NCBI GenBank assembly: GCA_009711705.1
Contig: VENG01000008.1
Location: 99,535-163,534 of the forward strand
From: Bacillota bacterium
Lineage (GTDB): Bacteria > Bacillota > Desulfotomaculia > Desulfotomaculales > VENG01
Direction of reading: 5' to 3'
DNA length: 64,000 nucleotides
Of the stretch, positions 36,453 to 44,811 are shown one piece after another; positions within the stretch are counted from its first letter, which is position 1; every line of letters starts with the position of its first letter. The translations under genes and the position numbers were made by a program. The notes beneath the pieces are model-generated. The model searched no databases and was not told the origin of the DNA. It worked only from the letters and a program-made list of their open reading frames with translations.

Positions 36453-37238
36453 TCACCTCAACTTATATGTTGCTGAAATAAACTTTTTCTGTAACTCCAG
36501 ACCATAGGGGATTACTTTTTCCGGTTTTATTTTAAACCTTTTGCCATCGTCCAGATCGATAAAAAAGTTTATTAGCTTGTTAATTACAGTATCACTAGTG
36601 CCAAGGGTTAAAAGCTTTTTCGTAAATTTGTCATCAACAGGCTTAGTCTTAAAGATTCTGCAGCAATGGGGGTTCTCATAATATTGTCTTATCCTGTCCA
36701 GATTTTTCTCAAGGGCATCAATAAGTTCGTCCAAAACAGAACCGGTGGTTTCAACAACAACCGATGCCTGAACTAAAAAGCAATAAATAAACCTTTTTAT
36801 TTCAAATCCGCTTACTTTCAGAGGGCTGTTGTGCCGGTATAATTTTATTTCCGCTAAAGATTGTTTTTTGTCACCTGAAATAATTGTATGATCAGTTAGC
36901 CTGATACCAAGTAATGCCAGTTGCCACTTTAAAAATTCGGTGGAAACAACATCATTATCTGACGGGATAATTTCTCCGTGCCATGGAACTTGGGGGTGGT
37001 TATGCACGACTATGGCCTCTTGAAAGCATATTTTTGTTTGGCTTAGCCACTGAATTAAAACATTTACAGGTGGCATAATAGCCCATGTTTCCTGGCAGTT
37101 ATCACCACATAAAACTTTTAATTTGTTACTTCCACTGCCGAATACCAGTACTGCCTGTTCATATTTTTTTGTGGAAATGGCTTTTATTTCTTCGATACTA
37201 AGAATATCCACTGCTATGTAGGAAGTAGGTAGGGACAT
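36453..37238 (-). CDS. RadC-like JAB/MPN domain protein with ~125-aa unknown C-terminal region
   Basis: VVHNHPQVPWHGEIIPSDNDVVST...GIRLTDHTIIS fits HxH...SxxD with a 4-residue insertion relative to canonical RadC. ATG 37238 follows AGGAGGGG. Confidence 0.6.
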   Translation of the reverse strand: MSLPTSYIAVDILSIEEIKAISTKKYEQAVLVFGSGSNKLKVLCGDNCQETWAIMPPVNVLIQWLSQTKICFQEAIVVHNHPQVPWHGEIIPSDNDVVSTEFLKWQLALLGIRLTDHTIISGDKKQSLAEIKLYRHNSPLKVSGFEIKRFIYCFLVQASVVVETTGSVLDELIDALEKNLDRIRQYYENPHCCRIFKTKPVDDKFTKKLLTLGTSDTVINKLINFFIDLDDGKRFKIKPEKVIPYGLELQKKFISATYKLR

Positions 37239-37254
37239 TAAAGAACCCCTCCTG

Positions 37255-37686
37255 TCAATTTGACATATGCAGCTCATCTTCCAGGGCTTGAATAAAACTT
37301 TTTAATGAATAAGATCTAATGTTAAATAATATTAAGCCCAGGGCTACCATAATACACACAAAGTAGAACTGTGGAATCTGAATTCCCAGTACGGTGGGGA
37401 TCCCGTCAATAGTACGGAGGGCTTCATTTTTTTCTTTTGTCCAGGCTATCACTTTAGGTTCCGCATCCACGTCATTTGTCCGCGCCGGAATCATTTCAAC
37501 TGCTAAGTCGCCAAGTGCGGGATTGTAAAGAACGTCTAAAAAAATAACATTAAAAATAACCTGGTAGGCTAATATCCCACTGATTATAAAGACCAGTAAG
37601 AGGTGCCAGGAGACCTTCTTTTCGTAGTCATTGATTTTTCTTGTTAATTCTTTCTCGTTTAGCTTTGAGTTAGCCATTTTAACCAC
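37255..37686 (-). CDS. 2-TM hypothetical membrane protein
   Basis: 143 aa; TM helices WHLLLVFIISGILAYQVIFNVIF and FYFVCIMVALGLILFNI; tightly packed in the operon. Confidence 0.5.
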   Translation of the reverse strand: MVKMANSKLNEKELTRKINDYEKKVSWHLLLVFIISGILAYQVIFNVIFLDVLYNPALGDLAVEMIPARTNDVDAEPKVIAWTKEKNEALRTIDGIPTVLGIQIPQFYFVCIMVALGLILFNIRSYSLKSFIQALEDELHMSN

Positions 37687-37690
37687 GCCC

Positions 37691-38512
37691 CTAGCAAGGA
37701 ATTAAACCATTCTGCTCCAGTATTTCCTCTCCACGGGAACCGGTCAATATATCAATAAACTCCTGGGCTAGTTCCTTTTGATTCGATTCTTTTGGAATGG
37801 CGATGGCAAACTCAATGGGAGTACCGGTGATTTCGGTATCCAGGCCGGGATAACTTCCGTCAACTACAACTTTGGCCCGGGCATAATAATCAGCCAGGCG
37901 CGGGTCGCTTAAATTAATCTCAGGGGGGAATACTATGTGCTTTAGGTTTAATTGTTTGGCCACTGAAAGATATTCAAAGCCGTAATCAACCTGGCCCTGT
38001 AGAAGGGCACAAGCCAAATCAAAGGATTTGGGGTAGACATTACTCCAATTATCTTCCAATGCTTTAAACAGGCCCGGCCGGTTATAAAATTTCTCTGCCA
38101 GCTGCCACAACATCAATGTTCTGTACCCGCAGGGATCACGGTGATGGTCTGAACGACCGTATTTAATCTGGCTATTATTTAATAAAACATCCATCCAGTT
38201 GTCCTCGTTAATAATTTCACTATGCGTGGAAAACTCATCAAAGGCCAAAACCATTTGGTCGGTGGCAAAAGCAAAGGAGGTATCTACAAAGCGGGGAATT
38301 AGAATATCTTCAAATACCTTATAATCCGCCAGCGCAATTAAATCCACTATCTTTCCCCCCGCCACCGCCCGGGCACAGGCCCTTGACCCTGCATAATCCA
38401 ATTCTACTTTTAAATCAGGGTATCTTTCCCATAATATGTGAATGCACTCTTTCATGGGTTTACGCAGCGCCCCGGCATGAAGTACTTTAAAACAATTAGG
38501 ATTATTTTTCAT
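37691..38512 (-). CDS. WtpA/ModA-like tungstate/molybdate-binding protein lacking a signal peptide
   Basis: FKVLHAGALRKPM, HRDPCGYRTLMLWQLAE and VDYGFEYLSVAKQ match remembered WtpA class motifs (HAGSL, DPCGYR). Only 8 residues precede the first beta-strand. The start overlaps the padR stop. Confidence 0.6.
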   Translation of the reverse strand: MKNNPNCFKVLHAGALRKPMKECIHILWERYPDLKVELDYAGSRACARAVAGGKIVDLIALADYKVFEDILIPRFVDTSFAFATDQMVLAFDEFSTHSEIINEDNWMDVLLNNSQIKYGRSDHHRDPCGYRTLMLWQLAEKFYNRPGLFKALEDNWSNVYPKSFDLACALLQGQVDYGFEYLSVAKQLNLKHIVFPPEINLSDPRLADYYARAKVVVDGSYPGLDTEITGTPIEFAIAIPKESNQKELAQEFIDILTGSRGEEILEQNGLIPC

Positions 38513-38876
38513 CAGCGCTTCCCCCTTGCTCTTTTTGTTCTCGGTATAGACTAAGAAATTGTTCGACTTGAAGTTTTTGCTTCTCTACCTTTGCAGCAGC
38601 TTCGTCCAAAACGTTGATACCTTTTTCAGTTATTTCGTATAACCTGCGGGCAGGGCCCGATTCCGAGGTCTGCCAGCTGGATGTTAAAAGCCCGTTCTTC
38701 TCCATCCGTCTCAAGTTCCTGTATATGGTGCCCGGTTCTACTTCTTCCGTAGATTGCAATTTATTATAGTTTTGAATTAATTCATAGCCGTGCGAGGGCT
38801 TCATATAAACAAATAAAAGTAAGCCCGGCTGAATCAATTTATCCAGGGAAATATCCTCTCCGTTTTTTACCGCCAT
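38502..38876 (-). CDS. PadR family transcriptional regulator
   Basis: KPSHGYELIQ...GTIYRNLRRMEKNGLLTSSW...RRLYEITEKG. ATG 38876 follows ACGGAGG. Confidence 0.85.
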   Translation of the reverse strand: MAVKNGEDISLDKLIQPGLLLFVYMKPSHGYELIQNYNKLQSTEEVEPGTIYRNLRRMEKNGLLTSSWQTSESGPARRLYEITEKGINVLDEAAAKVEKQKLQVEQFLSLYREQKEQGGSADEK

Positions 38877-38995
38877 TATAAACCTCCGTATCAAGCGATT
38901 TCACAGAAATAATCAAGAGCACAGCCTTGTTCTAAAAATCTGTATCTTCATGGCATTACCTCCATTTAAATTGGCAAGCAAGTGCATTATAATTT

Positions 38996-39014
38996 TAAGT
39001 GCACCATGCACTTA
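38996..39014. promoter_or_regulatory. 8-3-8 palindromic operator TAAGTGCA-CCA-TGCACTTA between divergent padR genes
   Basis: Same arms as 28864..28882; an extra half-site AAGTGCA at 38979..38985. Confidence 0.6.
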
Positions 39015-39157
39015 GGTAATTGAAAATATATTAACACTATAATTTTATTTACACAATACATTTTTTCCAAATTTACCTTGCCATAAATATGAACTAATGT
39101 TAATATGATTGACAAATAACTCTATAGGCATATTGCACATAAGGGAGGTTTCCATAA

Positions 39158-39544
39158 ATGTGCCAAGACCAAGGTTCTCATCATGAAAGTAGTTGCAGCT
39201 GTTCTGGTATGCCAATGAGACGCTTTCTGCAGCCCTGTCTTTTACTGCTGCTTCACCGCCGGTCAACTCACGGGTACGATTTGATTCAAAATCTTGGAGA
39301 GTTCGGTTTTTCTTCCGGTGAAACAGACCCGGGCACTGTATACAGGCACCTGCGTAAGATGGAAGAGGAAAAATTAGTAACTTCCGCCTGGGATACAGAT
39401 CAAGGTGGGCCGGCTAAAAGGCTGTACCAAATAACCGGTGAGGGTGAGGAAATTTTACACGCCTGGGCCGTTACCCTGAATGGGAATAAACAGAGGATAG
39501 AAGACTTTTTGGTTAAATATAAAACCCAATTTCCGGGACAGTAG
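39158..39544 (+). CDS. PadR family regulator with Cys/His-rich N-terminal extension
   Basis: N-terminus MCQDQGSHHESSCSCSG, then the PadR core STHGYDLIQ...GTVYRHLRKMEEEKLVTSAW...KRLYQITGEG. Confidence 0.8.
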   Translation: MCQDQGSHHESSCSCSGMPMRRFLQPCLLLLLHRRSTHGYDLIQNLGEFGFSSGETDPGTVYRHLRKMEEEKLVTSAWDTDQGGPAKRLYQITGEGEEILHAWAVTLNGNKQRIEDFLVKYKTQFPGQ

Positions 39545-39772
39545 TATGCATTATAACTATAAAGAAGACTTGGTTCAGGTTGGGTTTTTACCCCATCTGA
39601 ACCTTAGTCGCACTTATTTCGAGCTTACAGCCTGTTAATCCTATTAGTTGGGGACATTCCTGTCCCCAGAGAAATACCCAAGCTTCAGCAGGTGTGTCCC
39701 CTTTCCTTATGCGAGGCCGGGGTCTTACAGGCTGTGCGAAGATAAAAACAGTTCTTAAGCGGGGGAACAAAA
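39545..39772 (+). other. 228-nt structured leader / repeat mosaic upstream of the split permease
   Basis: Hairpin 39572..39603. GGGGACA (39650..39656) can pair with TGTCCCC at 39661..39667 or 39695..39701. ACAGCCTGT 39627..39635 is complementary to ACAGGCTGT 39727..39735. Confidence 0.5.
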
Positions 39773-40249
39773 ATGTTTAATATCATCCTTTTTGTATCGG
39801 CTGCCATTGGATTTATAATATCCAATCAGAAAGACAAAGTAAAAACTAAGCAGGCCCTCAAAAAAGCCGTAAATTCCTTTATCAATTTATTGCCCAGCTT
39901 ACTGGGGATCATTGGCCTCATCGGTTTAATGTTGGCGCTGGTGCCCCGGGAATTAATTGCGGGGTTTTTCGGCGATAACAGCCCGGCAGGTATTGCCGTC
40001 ATTTCGGCCATCGGTTCCATTACACTGCTGCCGGCATTTGTTGCTTTTCCCCTGGCCTCATCGTTCCTTGATGCCGGGGCCAGTATCGTTGCCGTGGCCT
40101 GTTTTATCACCACTTTGCTGATGGTGGGGGTCATAACCGCTCCCATGGAAATAGAGTATTTCGGGAAGAAATTTACCCTTTGGCGTAATTTATCTGCACT
40201 GGTACTGGCAGTTATCATCGGTCCCTTGATTGGGGTGATGGTGCGGTGA
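39773..40249 (+). CDS. permease, half-size (DUF318/ArsP-superfamily-like), part A
   Basis: 158 aa, 4-5 TM; overlaps the next gene by 4 nt. Confidence 0.55.
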   Translation: MFNIILFVSAAIGFIISNQKDKVKTKQALKKAVNSFINLLPSLLGIIGLIGLMLALVPRELIAGFFGDNSPAGIAVISAIGSITLLPAFVAFPLASSFLDAGASIVAVACFITTLLMVGVITAPMEIEYFGKKFTLWRNLSALVLAVIIGPLIGVMVR

Positions 40250-40782
40250 AGAGTAAAATTAAAAAGTATAATCTTTTTTTCCTGGTTGTTTTAGTTGATC
40301 TTATTTTGTGGTTCTACTGGCCGGATAAGGGAACAACGGCAGTTATAAGTACCGGTGATTATCTAGTTGAGATGCTGCTGTTCATTCCACCTATTTTTAT
40401 ATTAATCGGTCTATTAGATGTTTGGGTACCCAGAGAAATTGTGGAAAAGAACGTAGGTTCCGAGTCAGGGGTAAAGGGTGTTGTTATATCCATTTTGGTG
40501 GCCACTGCTGCAGCCGGTCCCCTTTACGCGGGCTTCCCGGTAGCCTACACTCTGATGGAAAAAGGCTGCCGCATGGCAAATGTGGTGATCTTTCTCGGTA
40601 CCTGGGCAACAATAAAAGTTCCCATGCTGATGATGGAGATAAAATTTTTGGGAATGGAATTTGCGGCAGCCAGGTTGCTATTAACTCTTCCGGCAATTAT
40701 CCTTTCCGGTTACCTGGTAGAAAGATTGTTAGCCGGTGCAAAGAAAGCCGGTAAACCTAAAGCTAACAAACTTACCGGTTAA
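40246..40782 (+). CDS. permease, half-size (DUF318/ArsP-superfamily-like), part B
   Basis: 178 aa; LDVWVPRE...AAAGPLYAGFP...TWATIKVPMLMME. Confidence 0.55.
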   Translation: MKSKIKKYNLFFLVVLVDLILWFYWPDKGTTAVISTGDYLVEMLLFIPPIFILIGLLDVWVPREIVEKNVGSESGVKGVVISILVATAAAGPLYAGFPVAYTLMEKGCRMANVVIFLGTWATIKVPMLMMEIKFLGMEFAAARLLLTLPAIILSGYLVERLLAGAKKAGKPKANKLTG

Positions 40783-40784
40783 AA

Positions 40785-40896
40785 GTGAACTCGTTCAGCT
40801 AAAGCTGAACATCGGGGCTTCGAGTGGGGATTCAACCCCACCTGAAGAAAAAAAGTGCAAACTCCCACTTATAGAAGTGGGAGTCTTAGAAATCAG
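40785..40896 (+). repeat. modular hairpin repeat, copy B (modules L+M+R)
   Basis: L: GTGAACTCGTTCAGCTAAAGCTGAACATCGGGGCTT. M: GTGGGGATTCAACCCCAC. R: AAGTGCAAACTCCCACTTATAGAAGTGGGAGTCTTAGAAATCAG. Starts 2 nt after the permease stop. Confidence 0.85.
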
Positions 40897-40950
40897 CTAA
40901 ATATTACCTCAATTAGTTTTTGCGAAAGGGGGGTAGAACGGGGAGAAAAG

Positions 40951-41079
40951 ATGTGTAACTGTAACTGTGACCATCCCGATAAGTTGAAAGGGAAAAAGCC
41001 TGGTGAGTGCACCACGGAGCAAGTCAAGGAATGTCACGGGGATGAAAAGAATCATCCCTGCACTAAGGAAAAAGAATAG
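40951..41079 (+). CDS. Cys/His-rich mini-protein (42 aa)
   Basis: MCNCNCDHPDKLKGKKPGECTTEQVKECHGDEKNHPCTKEKE. ATG 40951 follows GGGGAGAAAAG. The track start 40855 lies inside the repeat. Confidence 0.5.
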   Translation: MCNCNCDHPDKLKGKKPGECTTEQVKECHGDEKNHPCTKEKE

Positions 41080-41411
41080 CAGCAGCAATACCGCAGTCAG
41101 ATGACATCCCAGTTTACCGATGAACAGCTGGTTGAAATGGGCAAAAACGGTGGCTGCGGCTTCCGTGGAGGTCATGGCTTCGGCGGCGGTTTTGTCGGGC
41201 GTTGAGTACTCATAGAGAATTATCAGGGTGAGGTTTTTAAAACCTCACCCTTTGTCTAGTTTAGGGAACTAGAAAACCCCCCCCGGAGAAGAGGTGTGAA
41301 GACGGTAGCCCCGGATTCGGCCAGAAGAGTATGGTAAGATAGAATGGCTGGGAAAGGTTACCTGCTGGAAGAAGGAAATAGGTAAAAAAACGGTAAAGGG
41401 GAATAAAAACC

Positions 41412-42101
41412 ATGGCCAACCATACTATTTTGGTGGTGGAAGACGAAGAGCGAGTACAGCAGCTGGTAGAACTGTATTTAAAGAAAGAGGGTTTTACCGT
41501 AGATATGGCTTTTGACGGAGAGGAAGCTGTGAAAAAGGCCAGGGCCGGTCTGCCTGATCTAATTTTACTGGACATTATGCTGCCTGAGATGGATGGCTGG
41601 GAGGTTTGTAAAGAGCTGAGGAAGACCATGTCCACACCCATTATCATGCTTACCGCCAGGGGAGATGAATTCGACCGGGTAATGGGGCTGGAACTTGGTG
41701 CGGATGATTATATAGCCAAGCCTTTCAGCCCTCGGGAAATGGTGGCCCGGGTGAAGGCTGTGCTTCGACGCACAGCCGCCGGAGCACAGAATGGTTCGAA
41801 GGTGCTTGATTTTAACGAGTTGTGTATTAACTACACCAGCAGGACAGTAGAGATTAAGGGTAATATAATAGAAATGCCGCCCAAAGAATTTGAACTTTTA
41901 TGGTTTCTGGCCGGTCACTGCGGCCAGGTTTTTTCCAGGGAACAATTGCTGCACAGTATTTGGGGGTATAGCTATGTCGGTGACCCCCGCACAGTGGACA
42001 CGCATATTAAGCGGCTGCGGGAAAAGTTGGCCCAGGCCCGGGAAGTTTGCTCGATAAAAACCGTTTGGGGATACGGGTATAAATTCGAGGTTGTGGGTTA
42101 A
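41412..42101 (+). CDS. OmpR-family response regulator
   Basis: Receiver domain (DLILLDIMLPEMDG) plus winged-helix output (RTVDTHIKRLREKL). Confidence 0.9.
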   Translation: MANHTILVVEDEERVQQLVELYLKKEGFTVDMAFDGEEAVKKARAGLPDLILLDIMLPEMDGWEVCKELRKTMSTPIIMLTARGDEFDRVMGLELGADDYIAKPFSPREMVARVKAVLRRTAAGAQNGSKVLDFNELCINYTSRTVEIKGNIIEMPPKEFELLWFLAGHCGQVFSREQLLHSIWGYSYVGDPRTVDTHIKRLREKLAQAREVCSIKTVWGYGYKFEVVG

Positions 42102-43864
42102 TGTTTAAAAGCCTTTTTAGTAAATTAATGTCCTCATATCTATTGGTTGTATTAGCTACACTGTTGGTTTTAGGTATACTTATCTCCCACCTTTTTTCCA
42201 ATTACTACTATTCATCCAGTGAACAAGAGTTAAAAGATAAGGGACTGGAAATGGCCGGTCTGATGAGTGACTATATGGAGCAGGGACGGCCCGTGGAAGA
42301 AGTCTTGGCTGTCACGGGCAGCATGGTGGATGCTCGAGTGTTCTGGGTGCAGCGGCAGGCGCTTGATTTTGCGCAGCGCGGGCGCATACACGGGCTGAGG
42401 TTGGATCGTGTTGAAGTAGAGCAAATTTTAAAGGGCGAAATAATAACCAAACAGGCATTTATGTACCGTTTTAACCAGGCTATGATCTCGGTAGCCGTTC
42501 CCGTGAGAGTTAATAGTAGTATCGCCGGTGCGTTATTCCTTTTTACGCCTGTTGCCGATATTACAGATACCATATCGGCAGTGCGCAAGCTAATATTTTG
42601 GGCCGCCCTCCCCACCATACTTTTTGCTGTTATTATCGCCTATTTCTTATCCCGCTCCGTTTCCCGCCCGCTACAAGATATGAGTTTGGCCAGCCGGGCC
42701 ATGGCGGAAGGTGACTTTCAGCAGCGGATTAATACGTCCTCCCGGGACGAAGTGGGGCAACTGGCCCAGAGTTTCAACCACCTGGCAGGGGCTTTGAATA
42801 ATACCATTAATGATCTGTCTATGGAAAAGGAAAAAATGGAAAGTGTGTTGGGCAACATGGCCGAAGGGGTTATAGCCATTGACCCCGGTTGCAGGGTTAT
42901 TGCCGCAAACCGGCAGGCTATTGAAACTTTCGGCTTTGATCAAAGTACTTTAAGCCAGGTGCTGGCGGAAACTTCTCTACCGGATGAAGTACAGGTACTA
43001 TTTAATCAAGTATTAGAATCAGGGGAAACAAAAAGTATTGAAATTACTTTAAACAACGGTAAAATATTTCTTCTCGCCCATGTATCACCGCTGCGAGAAA
43101 CCGGTGCCGGCGTATTTGGCGCGGTGGGTGTTTTCCATGACATTACCGATATCCGGCGCCTGGAACAAATGCGCCGGGATCTGGTGGCCAATGTTTCCCA
43201 CGAACTGCGAACGCCCTTAACTTCTGTGCAGGGGTTTGTTGAGGCCATGCTGGACGGTACTATAGAGGGCGAAGAGGATAAATCAATTTATCTTAACATT
43301 ATCCACCAGGAAACTATACGGCTTAACCGGCTTATTCATGATCTGTTGGACCTGGCCTCCATGGAATCCGGGAAGACATCCTGGGAAATAAACGCGGTAG
43401 ATGTAAGTGAATTAATAAGCCGGGTAGTGGCCAGGCTACAGCCGCAGCTTAAGCGCCGGCTGCTTACTGTTAAAAGAGAAATCCCTGCCGCTTTACCCTT
43501 GTTGTTGGCCAACGAAGACCGGGCGGAACAAGTCCTAACCAATCTAATTGGTAACGCCGTTCAGTTTTCTCCTGAAGGCGAAAGTATTACGATTGAGGTG
43601 CAGGCCGTACAGGGTGAAATAACAATAAGTGTAGTTGATCGTGGCCCCGGCATTGCGGTAGAAGAGTTGCCATATATCTGGGAGCGATTCCACCGGGTGG
43701 ATAAATCACGTTCCCGGGCCCTGGGCGGTACCGGCCTGGGCCTTGCCATAACCAAACAAATTATAGAGGCCCACGGCGGAAGAGTGGGAGTCCGGAGCGA
43801 ATCAGGCCGGGGTTCCGTTTTTAGCTTTACCCTGCCGGCGGTGCCGGGGGAAGAACCAGAGTAA
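42101..43864 (+). CDS. sensor histidine kinase (TM-HAMP-PAS-HisKA-HATPase)
   Basis: H-box SHELRTPLTS, G-boxes DRGPGI and GGTGLGLAI. Its start overlaps the response-regulator stop. Confidence 0.9.
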   Translation: MFKSLFSKLMSSYLLVVLATLLVLGILISHLFSNYYYSSSEQELKDKGLEMAGLMSDYMEQGRPVEEVLAVTGSMVDARVFWVQRQALDFAQRGRIHGLRLDRVEVEQILKGEIITKQAFMYRFNQAMISVAVPVRVNSSIAGALFLFTPVADITDTISAVRKLIFWAALPTILFAVIIAYFLSRSVSRPLQDMSLASRAMAEGDFQQRINTSSRDEVGQLAQSFNHLAGALNNTINDLSMEKEKMESVLGNMAEGVIAIDPGCRVIAANRQAIETFGFDQSTLSQVLAETSLPDEVQVLFNQVLESGETKSIEITLNNGKIFLLAHVSPLRETGAGVFGAVGVFHDITDIRRLEQMRRDLVANVSHELRTPLTSVQGFVEAMLDGTIEGEEDKSIYLNIIHQETIRLNRLIHDLLDLASMESGKTSWEINAVDVSELISRVVARLQPQLKRRLLTVKREIPAALPLLLANEDRAEQVLTNLIGNAVQFSPEGESITIEVQAVQGEITISVVDRGPGIAVEELPYIWERFHRVDKSRSRALGGTGLGLAITKQIIEAHGGRVGVRSESGRGSVFSFTLPAVPGEEPE

Positions 43865-43869
43865 TTTTT

Positions 43870-44397
43870 TCAAACCAATACAACCACCATTTCCTTTAAA
43901 GACTCCAACAAATCCTCGTTCCCCGGTTCCCAAATGACAGGGCATTCCTCCAGCTTTTTCCCCCCATTGACCATTTGGGCGGCAAAAGCCAAACAGGTTT
44001 GCTCGCCGCACCGGCGGCAGCCGGATTTTTGGGGCAGCCAGCCGTAAAGCACAAGGGGAGTGGGCCTGGAGCGCCTTTCATAAACAGGCTCAATGGTTTC
44101 CCTGTCAACATATGTTTTATTTATTAAGTCTTTCACCCAGGCAGCGGTTTCATCTGCATCCTCTTCGCTCAGCGCCTTGGCCACTGTTACTTCCCAGGGG
44201 TAAAGGGTAATCAATCTTTCGTCCTTGGTCATAGAGAGTACCTTGCCTTCATGATTATATACTGCATTTTTTTGGACCGCATTAAGATACGGCATTAAGC
44301 TGGTAATGTCATCAGAAAAAATGGCTCTGAATCTTATTCGATTGGGCACCACTATACATGGTGCTACGCTTGTAATCTTAATATCTTTTAAAAACAT
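43870..44397 (-). CDS. Fe-S-binding protein (RnfB/CFeSP N-terminal-type cluster domain)
   Basis: CRRCGEQTCLAFAAQMVNGGKKLEECP. ATG 44397 follows TAAGGAGG. Confidence 0.55.
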   Translation of the reverse strand: MFLKDIKITSVAPCIVVPNRIRFRAIFSDDITSLMPYLNAVQKNAVYNHEGKVLSMTKDERLITLYPWEVTVAKALSEEDADETAAWVKDLINKTYVDRETIEPVYERRSRPTPLVLYGWLPQKSGCRRCGEQTCLAFAAQMVNGGKKLEECPVIWEPGNEDLLESLKEMVVVLV

Positions 44398-44772
44398 AAG
44401 TTTTACCTCCTTAAGAAACACCTGCGACTATTCAATCTGTTATACCGCACGGGCGTTATCAGATTAACCTTCACTTGCGCCTTTTTTTATCTTATTTTCT
44501 GCCAAAAGCAACAATCTTTCCGGTTCCATGGTTTTCTCGTCTTTAAATAACGGCTGCATGAAATAAATACAATTTTTAATAGCCTGTTATTTTCCGGCTC
44601 TGTTTTTCTACCCGTAACAAAACACCTGTTGTTAACACTTAGCCCGCACTGCCCACAGCCCTGAATAGTAACACCCCCCTATTTTTTATTTTGGACTTCC
44701 GTTAATAAATCAATAGTTATATAATTATAGTATAAAAGTAAATGCCTGCCAACTATTTATAGTAAACACCCA

Positions 44773-44801
44773 TTGACAATATTCAAACATAAGGATATTA
44801 T
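44773..44801 (+). promoter_or_regulatory. sigma-A-type promoter of the arsR-trx-permease operon
   Basis: TTGACA (44773..44778), 17-nt spacer, TATTAT (44796..44801). Confidence 0.6.
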
Positions 44802-44811
44802 TATATAAATC

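Noticed and set aside
38895-38960. 12-codon upstream ORF (MKIQIFRTRLCS) with SD before padR
   Set aside because: It is too short and has no regulatory codon pattern. It could be a chance ORF in the leader, and I cannot support it from sequence alone.
40909-41175. Track ORF 40909..41175 (-), 88 aa
   Set aside because: It is antisense to the SD-preceded Cys-rich mini-protein gene and to the transcript ending at terminator 41226..41253. It has no SD.
44461-44570. 31-codon minus-strand ORF (MQPLFKDEKTMEPERLLLLAENKIKKGASEG) in the 390-nt gap upstream of arsR
   Set aside because: It has no SD and no recognisable features. The gap is more simply promoter/leader DNA.
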